DNA of 64,000 nt. Source: an uncultured Acidobacteriaceae bacterium. Its GTDB lineage: Bacteria; Acidobacteriota; Terriglobia; Terriglobales; Acidobacteriaceae. How positions within the stretch are numbered: the stretch's first letter is position 1; each line of letters starts with the position of its first letter. Both the position numbers and the translations under genes were made by a program. The stretch covers positions 106,696-170,695 of the forward strand of contig CAVYEP010000014.1 in assembly GCA_963767605.1 (NCBI GenBank), given 5' to 3'. Positions 20,603 through 29,390 of the stretch are shown one piece after another. The notes below the pieces were generated by a model that searched no databases, was not told the origin of the DNA, and was given only the letters and a program-made list of their open reading frames with translations.

Positions 20603-21709
20603 CTACGGGACGGGCTCGCTGGTTTCTTCAGAGCGCTGGCTTTCGTTTCCACGCACGTCCACGGCGGAAACCGAGTAGGTATAGGTTTTGCCGGAAGCGA
20701 CCGCGCTATCGCGATACGACGGCGCTTTCACCAGCTCGGAATTCAGCTTGGTTGCGGCCGCATCTGCTTCGCTGCGATAGATGTTGTATCCGGCGAGGTC
20801 GGCGTTTGTGACTGGGGCCCAGATGAGGTCGATAAATGGCTTTTGTCCTTCGCCCGAGAAGGCCGCCTGCAACCCGGCGGGGACGGAGGGCGGGAAGACG
20901 TCATGGGCGATGACGCGCACGGGCGGAGTGTCGTCTCCCTCGACCTGCACCTCGCTGTCGGGGCGTTTGACGATGGTCACAGCCGTGACGCGGTAGAGGT
21001 AGGTCTTTTCCCATTCAAAGGCGGAGTCGGTGAAATGCGCGGGGCCGGGCTCGGCCGTTGGCCCAGGAACTGGAATTGGGGCTTCGCCGGCAATCGCGTC
21101 TTTGCCGGAGCTTTCGTCGCGACGATAGACGCGATAGCGATACTGAACGTTAGGGACATTCCGTGACTCGCCCGTGTTCGTCCAGGTGAGCACTACGCCA
21201 TCGCCAGTGAGTTCCGCGGCCAGATCAGGTGGCGGCGGCAGCGTCAGGACGGCGGGCACGTGCACACGATTCGACAATCCAGCGCCGCGGGCATTGCGGT
21301 TCAAGACCTCGACGGCGTAGGTGACTTCGGCGGCCGGATCGAGCGGTTCCATGGCCGCGGGCAGTGTGCCGGTATAAGTCTGCGGCGGGGGACGCGGGGA
21401 TCCTGGTTTCTGCGGGGCAGCAGATGGTGCGGGCAACATCTCGGCGGGACTCCCGCATTCGGCCATCTCATATTCGAGGCTGAGGCAGACCAGGGTCGGG
21501 CCGACGTAGCGCACGCCCTGGCGGTCGGTGGTGAGCGCGGGCTCGCTCCAGGTGAGGGTGACGCGATTGCCTTTGCGGCTGGCGCGGAGATCGCTGGGCG
21601 GCTTGGGAAGTTCGAGCGACGGCGGCCGCGGCGGCCCGGGCTGGGCGCAACCGGCCAGCAGAAGGCAGAGTGCGGTCGGCGCGATGAACTTTCCGAGATG
21701 CAGTTTCAT
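20603..21709 (-). CDS. lipoprotein with fibronectin-III-like repeats (function unknown)
   Basis: From ATG 21709: MKLHLGKFIAPTALCLLLAGC (lipobox). Repeated ...VTLTW...Y.Y.V.A.. Fn3-like segments. Confidence 0.7.
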   Translation of the reverse strand: MKLHLGKFIAPTALCLLLAGCAQPGPPRPPSLELPKPPSDLRASRKGNRVTLTWSEPALTTDRQGVRYVGPTLVCLSLEYEMAECGSPAEMLPAPSAAPQKPGSPRPPPQTYTGTLPAAMEPLDPAAEVTYAVEVLNRNARGAGLSNRVHVPAVLTLPPPPDLAAELTGDGVVLTWTNTGESRNVPNVQYRYRVYRRDESSGKDAIAGEAPIPVPGPTAEPGPAHFTDSAFEWEKTYLYRVTAVTIVKRPDSEVQVEGDDTPPVRVIAHDVFPPSVPAGLQAAFSGEGQKPFIDLIWAPVTNADLAGYNIYRSEADAAATKLNSELVKAPSYRDSAVASGKTYTYSVSAVDVRGNESQRSEETSEPVP

Positions 21710-21763
21710 GCGGAAAGAGAAAGAGTACCAGAGGCAGCGCGGGCGAGTCGCCCGCGCCCACAC

Positions 21764-23119
21764 TCATCCCGCCAGTTCGCGCACGGCTTCGCGAAAGACC
21801 TTGGTGTGGTAGTCGACGTCTTCGGGCGTGGTGGCCGGCGACATCAGCGCCATGTTGTGGAAGGGCGTAAGCAGAATGCCGCGATTCATGGCGTAGAGAT
21901 GCATGAAGCGTTCGAGTTCGAAGTCCATGGCATCGTGCGCTTCGGTTCCGTTCTTGGGCGGGTTCGGGCTGAACAGATACTCGGCGCGGCATCCGAGACG
22001 CGTGACGTGCCAGGGGAGACGGAAATCCTGAATGACTTTTTGCACGCCGGCGGTCCAACGCTCGGCCATCGGGATCATGCGGTCGAAAGCTTCTTTGGTC
22101 AAGACTTTTGTGAGCGTGGCGCGCATGGCGGCCAGGGACAGGGCGTTGCCGGCGAGGGTTCCGCCGATTCCGCCGGTGTCGCAGTCTTCGAGGCTGTGGC
22201 GTTCGAGAATCATGTCCGCAACTTTTTGCGTGAAGCCATAGGCCGCGCCGGGGAGTCCGCCAGCGATCGGCTTGCCGAATACGAGGAAGTCGGGGTCGAG
22301 GTTTTCGGCGCGAGTGTAGCCGCCGGGACCGGCGCAGATGGTGTGTGTCTCGTCGATGATGAGCAGGGTGCCGGACTTGCGCGTGAGCTCGCGCAGCGCC
22401 TGGTGGTAGCCGGGTGCAGGATGCACGATGCCGACGTTGGTCAAGGCAGGCTCCGCCAGCACGCAGGCGACATCGCCGTGAGCGAGTGCCTGTTCGAGAG
22501 CGGAGACGTCATTGAATTCCACGACGCGCGTGGTCACGGAAGGGTCGACCGGCGGTCCAATGTTGCCGCGCCGCGCGCCGGATTTGCCGTCGGGATGAAG
22601 CGTGATGAAGGTTTCATCGACCGTGCCGTGGTAGCACCAATTGAAGACCAGGATTTTCGCGCGGCCGGTGATCTGGCGCGCTAGGCGAATCGAAAAGCGG
22701 TTGGCGTCGGTGGCGGTGAGTGCAAACTGCCAGTAGGTCAAGCCGAAGCGCTGCTGCAATTCTTCGGCGACAAAGACGGCATCTTCAGAGGGCAGCATGA
22801 GGGTGATGCCGCGTTTGACCTGCTCCTCGATGGCCTTGGCGGTGGCGAAGGGAGAATGCCCGGTCATGGCGCCGGTGTCGCCTAGGCAGAAGTCCACGTA
22901 GCGATGGCCGTCGACATCGTAGAAGTGCGCGCCCTGCGCCTCGCGGACAACGGGTGGAAACGCTCCGGCCCACTTCACCATCCAGTTCATGGGGACGCCG
23001 GAGAGCAGCGACTTCTTGCCGCGTTCGTAGATAGACTTTGATTTCGGGCGTTCGTCGACGAAGCGCTTTTGCTCGCGCTCCATTAGGGATTTGAGGCGGG
23101 TGCGGTCGAGAGTGGGCAT
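21764..23119 (-). CDS. class III (GSA-aminomutase-like) PLP-dependent aminotransferase
   Basis: From ATG 23119 (MPTLDRTRLKSL...). ...GDTGAMTGHSP..., LIIDETHT..., GGTLAGNALSLAAMRATL. The upstream 26 codons of the listed ORF translate a palindromic repeat. Confidence 0.75.
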   Translation of the reverse strand: MPTLDRTRLKSLMEREQKRFVDERPKSKSIYERGKKSLLSGVPMNWMVKWAGAFPPVVREAQGAHFYDVDGHRYVDFCLGDTGAMTGHSPFATAKAIEEQVKRGITLMLPSEDAVFVAEELQQRFGLTYWQFALTATDANRFSIRLARQITGRAKILVFNWCYHGTVDETFITLHPDGKSGARRGNIGPPVDPSVTTRVVEFNDVSALEQALAHGDVACVLAEPALTNVGIVHPAPGYHQALRELTRKSGTLLIIDETHTICAGPGGYTRAENLDPDFLVFGKPIAGGLPGAAYGFTQKVADMILERHSLEDCDTGGIGGTLAGNALSLAAMRATLTKVLTKEAFDRMIPMAERWTAGVQKVIQDFRLPWHVTRLGCRAEYLFSPNPPKNGTEAHDAMDFELERFMHLYAMNRGILLTPFHNMALMSPATTPEDVDYHTKVFREAVRELAG

Positions 23120-23172
23120 GATTTTCTGCGAATCTAGCAGAAAGTCATGGCGATGGCGAGGAGAACAAAGAT

Positions 23173-23243
23173 AACCACAGGGTACACAGAGGTACACAGG
23201 GGTTTCTAGGTTTTCCCCTGTGCACCTCTGTGTACCCTGTGGT
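23173..23243. repeat. AACCACAGRGG...CCYCTGTGGT palindromic element (28-bp arms, 1 mismatch)
   Basis: Left arm 23173..23202: aaccacagggtacacagaggtacacagggg. Right arm 23215..23243: cccctgtgcacctctgtgtaccctgtggt. Confidence 0.9.
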
Positions 23244-23252
23244 CGAGACTTT

Positions 23253-24677
23253 CTACAGTATGTAGCGCGACAGATCCTGGTCTTTCACGATCTCGCTGAG
23301 CATCTTCTGCACGTAGGCTGCGTCGACCTTGAACTCCTGCCCTTTTTTCTCGGGGGCCTCAAAGCTGATTTCGTCGAGCACGCGTTCCATGATGGTGTGC
23401 AGACGGCGGGCGCCGATGTTTTCCGTGCCTTCATTCACGCGGAAGGCGAAGCGCGCGACTTCTTCGAGCGAGTCGGGCGTGAACTCCAGCTTCACGCCTT
23501 CGGTTTCCAGCAACGCGATGTATTGCTGGGTCAGCGATGACTTCGGTTCGGTCAGAATGCGGACGAAGTCTTCCATGGTGAGCGACTGCAGTTCCACGCG
23601 GATGGGGAAGCGGCCCTGCAATTCGGGGATCAGGTCGCTCGGCTTCGAAACGTGGAACGCGCCCGCGGCGATGAACAGAATGTGGTCGGTGCGCACCATG
23701 CCGTAGCGCGTGTTCACCGTGGTGCCTTCGACGATGGGCAGAATGTCGCGCTGCACGCCTTCGCGTGAAACGTCCGGGCCATGGCCGCTTTCACGGCCGG
23801 CGATCTTGTCGATTTCGTCGAGGAAGATGATGCCGGAATTTTCTACGCGATCGATGGCGGTGCGCGTGACCTGCTCCATGTCGATCAGGCGCTGCTCTTC
23901 TTCCTGAATCAGGTACTCGAAGGCCTCGTTGACCTTCATCTTCCGCTTCTTGGTGCGCTGGCCGAAGATGTTGGGCAACATGTCCTTGAGATTGACGTCC
24001 ATCTCCTCGACGCCCTGGTTGGAAATGATTTCAAAAGACGGGAAATTGCGCTCGCGGGTTTCGATTTCGACGGTGCGGTCGTCGAGCTTGCCTTCGCGCA
24101 GCTGCTGACGCAGTTTCTCGCGGGTGCGGCTGGAGGATTCGGTCAGGCTGGTGCTGGCGTCGATGACCACGCCGCCGGTCGAACTGGCGGTGGAGCTTGA
24201 ATCCTGACGCGGCGAAATCGGGGGCAGGAGAATATCGAGCAGCCGCTCTTCGGCGTTGAGTTCTGCTTTATCGGCGACGTCCTCGAGTTTCTCTTCGCGG
24301 ATCATTTCGATGGCGATCTCGACCAGGTCGCGGATCATGGATTCGACATCGCGGCCCACGTAGCCGACTTCCGTGAACTTGGAGGCCTCGACCTTCAGGA
24401 AGGGCGAGTTCGCAAGCTTGGCCAGGCGGCGGGCGATTTCGGTTTTGCCGACGCCCGTAGGCCCGATCATGATGATGTTCTTGGGGATGACCTCTTCGGC
24501 CATCTCGGGCGCGAGCTTCTGCCGGCGCATGCGGTTGCGCAGGGCGATGGCGACGGCGCGCTTCGCGTCCTTTTGGCCGACAACGTATTTGTCGAGTTCG
24601 GCGACAATTTCGCGCGGCGTCAGTTCGTCAAGCGTAACTTGTTCTTCTTCGGCGGTTCCGGGTAAGTAGATGGCCAT
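23253..24677 (-). CDS. hslU: ATP-dependent protease ATPase subunit HslU
   Basis: Intact 474 aa. ...[29 protein letters not shown], Walker [26 protein letters not shown], and a C-terminal ...DLSRYIL. Confidence 0.95.
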   Translation of the reverse strand: MAIYLPGTAEEEQVTLDELTPREIVAELDKYVVGQKDAKRAVAIALRNRMRRQKLAPEMAEEVIPKNIIMIGPTGVGKTEIARRLAKLANSPFLKVEASKFTEVGYVGRDVESMIRDLVEIAIEMIREEKLEDVADKAELNAEERLLDILLPPISPRQDSSSTASSTGGVVIDASTSLTESSSRTREKLRQQLREGKLDDRTVEIETRERNFPSFEIISNQGVEEMDVNLKDMLPNIFGQRTKKRKMKVNEAFEYLIQEEEQRLIDMEQVTRTAIDRVENSGIIFLDEIDKIAGRESGHGPDVSREGVQRDILPIVEGTTVNTRYGMVRTDHILFIAAGAFHVSKPSDLIPELQGRFPIRVELQSLTMEDFVRILTEPKSSLTQQYIALLETEGVKLEFTPDSLEEVARFAFRVNEGTENIGARRLHTIMERVLDEISFEAPEKKGQEFKVDAAYVQKMLSEIVKDQDLSRYIL

Positions 24678-24681
24678 AAAT

Positions 24682-24768
24682 GCGTCGTTGGTCGTTAGTC
24701 GTTGGTCGTTAGGCAGGAACTGCGCTCATCCGCAACCCGCGAACGACTAGCGACCAACGACTATCGAC
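24682..24768. repeat. word-periodic hairpin (GTCGTTG heptads) filling the hslV-hslU spacer
   Basis: Left arm 24682..24713: gcgtcgttggtcgttagtcgttggtcgttagg. Right arm 24738..24768: cgcgaacgactagcgaccaacgactatcgac. Same word family as 19633..19692. Confidence 0.9.
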
Positions 24769-25358
24769 TAGAGCTCCTCAATCGTTACCTTGTCATTGGT
24801 ATAGATGCACATCCGGCCGGCAATCTTCATTGCTTCTTCGGCAATTTCGCGTGGCGAGAGCTGGGTGTGATCGGCGAGGGCCTGCGCTGCGGCCTGGGCA
24901 AACGGGCCGCCGGAGCCGATTGCTGCAATGCCGGTATCGGGCTCGATCACGTCTCCCTGGCCGCTGAGCAGGAACGTCGTTTCTTTGTCTGTGACCAGCA
25001 GCAGGGCTTCGAGATGGCGCAGAAATTTGTCGGTGCGCCAGTCTTTTGCCAGTTCGACGGCGGCGCGGCCGAGGTTGCCGTGATACTGCTCCAGTTTGGC
25101 CTCGAAGCGGCTGAACAGAGTGAAAGCGTCGGCGGTCGAGCCGGCAAATCCGGCTAGAATTTTATCTTGATAGAGGCGGCGAATTTTTTTTGCTCCGTGC
25201 TTGATGATGGATTCACCGAGCGTGACCTGGCCGTCGCCAGCCATGACAACTTTATTGTCGCGGCGGACGCAGAGGACGGTGGTGGAGCGAATGAGGCGGC
25301 GAGCGCGGACTTCGGCGGTCCTTTTGGCGGCCGTGGCTACTAGTGTGTTCTTCTTCAT
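24768..25358 (-). CDS. hslV: ATP-dependent protease subunit HslV, with a ~25-residue N-terminal extension
   Basis: ...[25 protein letters not shown]...[15 protein letters not shown]...[12 protein letters not shown]...AIGSGG. The only in-frame start upstream of the TT nucleophile position is ATG 25358. Confidence 0.9.
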   Translation of the reverse strand: MKKNTLVATAAKRTAEVRARRLIRSTTVLCVRRDNKVVMAGDGQVTLGESIIKHGAKKIRRLYQDKILAGFAGSTADAFTLFSRFEAKLEQYHGNLGRAAVELAKDWRTDKFLRHLEALLLVTDKETTFLLSGQGDVIEPDTGIAAIGSGGPFAQAAAQALADHTQLSPREIAEEAMKIAGRMCIYTNDKVTIEEL

Positions 25359-25478
25359 GAGCGCAATTTTTAATTATACAGCCCTTCGACGGCCAGATTC
25401 TCATTCGCGCGTTGGGGATTCGACAACAACTGGAACCGAGCGAGTCTTTAGCCCCTGCGGTTTCTGACAGTTAAACAT

Positions 25479-25526
25479 CTTGACAACTTCGCGTTTTGCG
25501 AAGTACAATGTTCGCAGATTGCGAAG
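25479..25526 (+). promoter_or_regulatory. higBA promoter with two palindromic operator-like sites
   Basis: TTGACA at 25479..25484 and TACAAT at 25504..25509 (19-nt spacer). Inverted repeats cttcgc-gtttt-gcgaag (25487..25503) and ttcgca-gat-tgcgaa (25511..25525). Confidence 0.6.
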
Positions 25527-25541
25527 TTTACGAGGGGCGGC

Positions 25542-25829
25542 ATGCATGTCATCAGCCGCAAAAAGCTCAAACAGGCCGCCGCACGGCACGCTGACTTGGA
25601 AGGCCCGCTCGAAGCGTGGTTTCGCATTGCCAAGAAGGCCGAGTGGAAGAATCTGGCCGATGTCCGGAAGACGTTTTCCAGCGCGGATTCCGTTAACAAG
25701 TGGACGGTCTTTAATATTAAAGGGAACCAGTACCGGCTGATGGCTGAGATCAACTATGTTTTCGGACGAATTTATGTCCGCCATGTTTTAACCCATGCCG
25801 GGTATGACCGTGGAGGTTGGAAATCATGA
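25542..25829 (+). CDS. higB: HigB-type mRNA-interferase toxin
   Basis: 95 aa: MHVISRKKLKQAAARHADLEGPLEAWFRIAKKAEWKNLADVRKTF...FNIKGNQYRLMAEINY...IYVRHVLTHAGYD. Its stop overlaps the antitoxin start (ATGA at 25826..25829). Confidence 0.85.
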   Translation: MHVISRKKLKQAAARHADLEGPLEAWFRIAKKAEWKNLADVRKTFSSADSVNKWTVFNIKGNQYRLMAEINYVFGRIYVRHVLTHAGYDRGGWKS

Positions 25830-26227
25830 GTGCGACCGCAGTCCGTTCTGAATATGCCGCTCTGCTCTCCAGCACTCTGCCTGCGGTCATTCGCAGCGAG
25901 GCGGAGAACGAGCGTTACATCGCCGTGCTGGAAGAACTGGACGGCAAAGGGAACCAGATGACGGCTGCCGAACGCCGCATGGCCGAGCTCTTGACTCTGC
26001 TCATCGAAGACTTCGAAGACAAGCACTACGCGCTCAAGGCGTCCAAGCCCGTGGACGTCCTCACCGAACTGATGGCCGCGAACCACTTAAAGCAAAAAGA
26101 CCTGCTGGATGTTTTCGGCGCACCCAGCATAGTCTCCGAAGTCCTCCACGGAAAACGCCAGCTGACCACCGAGCACATTCGCAGGCTCAGCCGGCGGTTC
26201 CAGGTCTCCCCGGAAGTCTTCATTTGA
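25826..26227 (+). CDS. higA: HigA-type antitoxin with C-terminal XRE-like HTH
   Basis: GGAGG at 25812..25816, ATG 25826. ...LTELMAANHLKQKDLLDVFGAPSIVSEVLHGKRQLTTEHIRRLSRRFQVSPEVF. Confidence 0.85.
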   Translation: MSATAVRSEYAALLSSTLPAVIRSEAENERYIAVLEELDGKGNQMTAAERRMAELLTLLIEDFEDKHYALKASKPVDVLTELMAANHLKQKDLLDVFGAPSIVSEVLHGKRQLTTEHIRRLSRRFQVSPEVFI

Positions 26228-26337
26228 TTGCAGGGAAGCCGGGCGACCATGCGACACCAGAGAACAAGCGTGTTCACGCGTGTCTCCACCGGCGCAATGT
26301 AGAATTCAAGCAGCGATTCCGCGGGAGCCATTCTCTT

Positions 26338-28998
26338 TTGTCGTTTCTGGACGAGTTAAATCCGCAACAACGCGAAGCGGTCGAGACCACCGAAGGCCCG
26401 GTGCTCATCCTGGCTGGGGCGGGCAGCGGGAAGACTCGCGTCATCACCTACCGTATTGCTTACCTGATCGAGAAGATGGGCGTGATGCCGGAATCCATTC
26501 TTGCGGTCACGTTTACCAACAAAGCTGCCTCGGAGATGGCCGAGCGGGTGGAAAAGCTGGTGGGCGGCCTCAGCGTTGCCAAGCCGGTGATTTCTACTTT
26601 CCATTCGTTTTGCGTGCGCGTGCTACGGCGCGACATTGAGGCTTTGCGGATTCCCTCGACCGTGCCGGGACAGCCGCCGATTGGGCTCACGAGAAATTTT
26701 GTCATCTACGATGAAGCCGACCAGCAGCAAGTGGTCAAGGGCGTCATGCGGCGGTTGGGCCTCGACGACAAGCAACTGACGCCGCGCAATGTGCTTTCGC
26801 GGATTTCCTGGGCCAAGAATCACATGCTCGATCCGCAGGAAATTTATCTGCAATCAGGCGATCCGAAGACCGAAAAGATTGCGCATATTTTCGAGGAGTA
26901 CCGGAAGGAACTTCGAAAAGCGAATGCGATGGACTTCGACGATCTGTTGCTTGAAGCCATGCGCCTGCTCAAGTCGGTGACGGCGGTGCGCGAGTATTAC
27001 AACCGGCGATTTCAATACCTTCTCGTCGATGAATATCAGGACACGAACCGTCCGCAGTACGAACTGATGCGGTTGCTGGCGGGTGACGGGCACAACGTCT
27101 GTGCGGTGGGCGATGAAGATCAGTCGATCTACTCGTGGCGCGGGGCCGACATTCGCAACATCCTGGAGTTCGAGGCCGACTTCCCGGAGGCGAAGATCGT
27201 GCGCCTGGAACAGAACTACCGCTCGACCGAGAACATTCTGGAGGCGGCGTCGGTAGTGGTGGCCAATAACGTCCGGCGCAAGGGCAAGAACCTGTGGACC
27301 TCGCGGCAGGGCGGGGCGAAGATCGGCTACTACGAGGCTCCGGACGGAGAGAACGAGGCCCTGTTTGCGGCCGATACGATCAACCGCTACGTGCGGCAGG
27401 CGGGCGAAAACGGCGAAGCGGCGCGCGCGGCGGTGCTCTACCGGACCAACTCGCAATCGCGGTTGTTTGAAGAGGCGATGCGCCGCTACGGGCTGAAGTA
27501 TCACGTGGTGGGCGGGTTCTCGTTCTACGAGCGGGCGGAGATCAAGGATCTGATCTCGTACTTAAAGGTCATCCAGAACCCGGATGATTCGGTTTCGCTG
27601 CTGCGCGTGATCAATACTCCGGTGCGCGGGATTGGCAAGACGACCATCGAGATGATTGAGCGGCTCGCGCTTGAAACTGGACTATCCATGTGGGGCGCTG
27701 TTGGTGAAGCTGCGACGCGGCAGTTGTTACCGGCGCGGGCGTTGGCGGCGTTGAAGAGCTTCCGCGAGATCATCGAGGATGGGCGCGCGATGCTGGCAGG
27801 GACTTATACGGAGCAGTTGGAAGAGACGGCTTCGGCGAAGGCGGGCGGGGATGCGGGGGCCGACGCTGCCGAGCTTCGCTCGGCTGGACAGCCGGGGGCG
27901 GCTGTCCCTACGCAAACCGATGACGATACCGATTTTGATCCGGGGAACTTTAGCTTTGATTTTGCGGCCAGCGATTCGACTGAAGGCAGCGTGACGGGCG
28001 AGGGCGCCCGTCTCTCTACCGACGAAGCGGTTGAAGGTTTCCGCGCTCCTGGAACGGCAGCGAATACTTCCGAGATTCTCAAGTTCCTGATCGACCGCAC
28101 GGGATACATCAAGCAACTGGAGGAGGAGGACACGCCCGAGGCCTACTCGCGCATCGAGAACCTGCGCGAATTGGTGAATGCCGCCATGGACTCGCGCGAT
28201 CGCGGGGAGACGCTCGATCAGTTTCTCGACCACGCCGCTCTGGTTAGCGATGCCGATCAGTACGACGAGCACGCGCAGATTACCCTGATGACGCTGCACG
28301 CGGCCAAGGGACTGGAGTTCCCGCTGGTGGTGCTTGCGGGAATGGAGGAAGGCCTGTTTCCGCATTCGCGCACCATGCTTGAGCCGGATTCGATCGAAGA
28401 GGAACGGAGGCTGTGCTACGTCGGCATGACGCGCGCCATGGATACGCTGGTTTTGTCGCGCGCCGTGTATCGGCGGCGCTACGGCACGGATATGCCCGAG
28501 GCGAGTGTGGCGTCGCGATTTTTGGAAGAAGTTCCGCCGCGGCTGGTGGAAGAGTTGGGCGGATCGCGGCGGCGGGATTCTTCGGCGGCTGGTTCTTCTG
28601 CCGCTGGCTTTTCGCGGACAGGAGTGTCCGCGCCACACAAGCATCGGGGCGGGGCTGCGCATTATTCCTACGAAGATGAAGACCAGAGCGCCGCCTGGAA
28701 CCCCGAGCGGGTCAAGCCGAAGACGCCGACTCCGCTGCGGAATTACAACTCCATCGACAACATTGCGGAATTTTTTGCGTCCCGCGGCAAGAAGTTCAAT
28801 GTTTCGAAAATGCCGCCGGAGGAACCTAAGGGCAGGCGGGGCTTCCATCCAGGACAAAAGGTCAAGCACCCGAAATATGGGGAAGGGACGGTGTATCAGC
28901 GCGAAGGGGATGGGGAAGACGCCAAGATTACGGTACAATTTCCTCGCTTCGGTTTGAAGAAGCTGGTGGAGAGGTACGCGCAGTTGGAGAAGGCGTAG
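26338..28998 (+). CDS. uvrD: UvrD/PcrA-family DNA helicase with long low-complexity insertions
   Basis: Likely TTG start at 26338 (MSFLDELNPQQREAV), with GGGAG 10 nt upstream. Motifs: AGAGSGKTRV, TFTNKAA, LLVDEYQDTN, QNYRST, TLHAAKGLEF, YVGMTRA. C-terminal ...KHPKYGEGTV tail. Confidence 0.9.
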   Translation: MSFLDELNPQQREAVETTEGPVLILAGAGSGKTRVITYRIAYLIEKMGVMPESILAVTFTNKAASEMAERVEKLVGGLSVAKPVISTFHSFCVRVLRRDIEALRIPSTVPGQPPIGLTRNFVIYDEADQQQVVKGVMRRLGLDDKQLTPRNVLSRISWAKNHMLDPQEIYLQSGDPKTEKIAHIFEEYRKELRKANAMDFDDLLLEAMRLLKSVTAVREYYNRRFQYLLVDEYQDTNRPQYELMRLLAGDGHNVCAVGDEDQSIYSWRGADIRNILEFEADFPEAKIVRLEQNYRSTENILEAASVVVANNVRRKGKNLWTSRQGGAKIGYYEAPDGENEALFAADTINRYVRQAGENGEAARAAVLYRTNSQSRLFEEAMRRYGLKYHVVGGFSFYERAEIKDLISYLKVIQNPDDSVSLLRVINTPVRGIGKTTIEMIERLALETGLSMWGAVGEAATRQLLPARALAALKSFREIIEDGRAMLAGTYTEQLEETASAKAGGDAGADAAELRSAGQPGAAVPTQTDDDTDFDPGNFSFDFAASDSTEGSVTGEGARLSTDEAVEGFRAPGTAANTSEILKFLIDRTGYIKQLEEEDTPEAYSRIENLRELVNAAMDSRDRGETLDQFLDHAALVSDADQYDEHAQITLMTLHAAKGLEFPLVVLAGMEEGLFPHSRTMLEPDSIEEERRLCYVGMTRAMDTLVLSRAVYRRRYGTDMPEASVASRFLEEVPPRLVEELGGSRRRDSSAAGSSAAGFSRTGVSAPHKHRGGAAHYSYEDEDQSAAWNPERVKPKTPTPLRNYNSIDNIAEFFASRGKKFNVSKMPPEEPKGRRGFHPGQKVKHPKYGEGTVYQREGDGEDAKITVQFPRFGLKKLVERYAQLEKA
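27886..27911. repeat. REP-like palindrome embedded in frame in uvrD
   Basis: ggacagccg gggg cggctgtcc ctac, encoding ..GQPGAAVPT.. within a low-complexity insertion. Confidence 0.8.
28614..28631. repeat. second palindrome embedded in frame in uvrD
   Basis: gcggaca ggag tgtccgc, encoding ..RTGVSAP.. in the C-terminal linker. Confidence 0.7.
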
Positions 28999-29033
28999 AG
29001 TTGCGAACTTCGCGCCGCGAGCGAGAAACCCGG

Positions 29034-29098
29034 CCCCCGCAGGGGCGTCCGACTTTGAAGGATTTGCGGCGTCGCTAAAGCGATGCCCTGATACGAAA
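29034..29098. repeat. partial, inverted copy of one end of the 45153..45421 composite element
   Basis: gcggcgtcgctaaagcgatgccctgatacgaaa (29066..29098) matches the reverse complement of 45155..45187, with 3 mismatches in 33 nt. It is preceded by a cccc-gca-gggg hairpin, as in the other copy. Confidence 0.8.
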
Positions 29099-29146
29099 CT
29101 GGAACACTAACGAAATCTAAAACACTAAAGGAAACTAACCGCAGGC

Positions 29147-29308
29147 ATGGCAAATACAAAGAAGCTGACCAAAGACGAGCGCAAGAAAACCAAGCGAGCC
29201 TCCCGCAAGAAGATGAAAGCGGAAAAGCCGAAGAAGCCCCGCGACTACGCCCGCGGATCGAAAAAGCGCAAAGTGAAAAAGCTGGCACGCGGCCAGGCGA
29301 AACGGTAG
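29147..29308 (+). CDS. possible 53-aa highly basic small protein
   Basis: ATG 29147 to TAG 29306..29308: MANTKKLTKDERKKTKRASRKKMKAEKPKKPRDYARGSKKRKVKKLARGQAKR. A 10-bp GC hairpin (29337..29361) follows. No strong RBS. Confidence 0.4.
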   Translation: MANTKKLTKDERKKTKRASRKKMKAEKPKKPRDYARGSKKRKVKKLARGQAKR

Positions 29309-29390
29309 GCCGATAGCCCGAGCCGTGAGCATTTCCGGGCATGGGCCCTGCGCCCATGCCCGACTCCCGTTGTGAGGAGACAACCAATTC

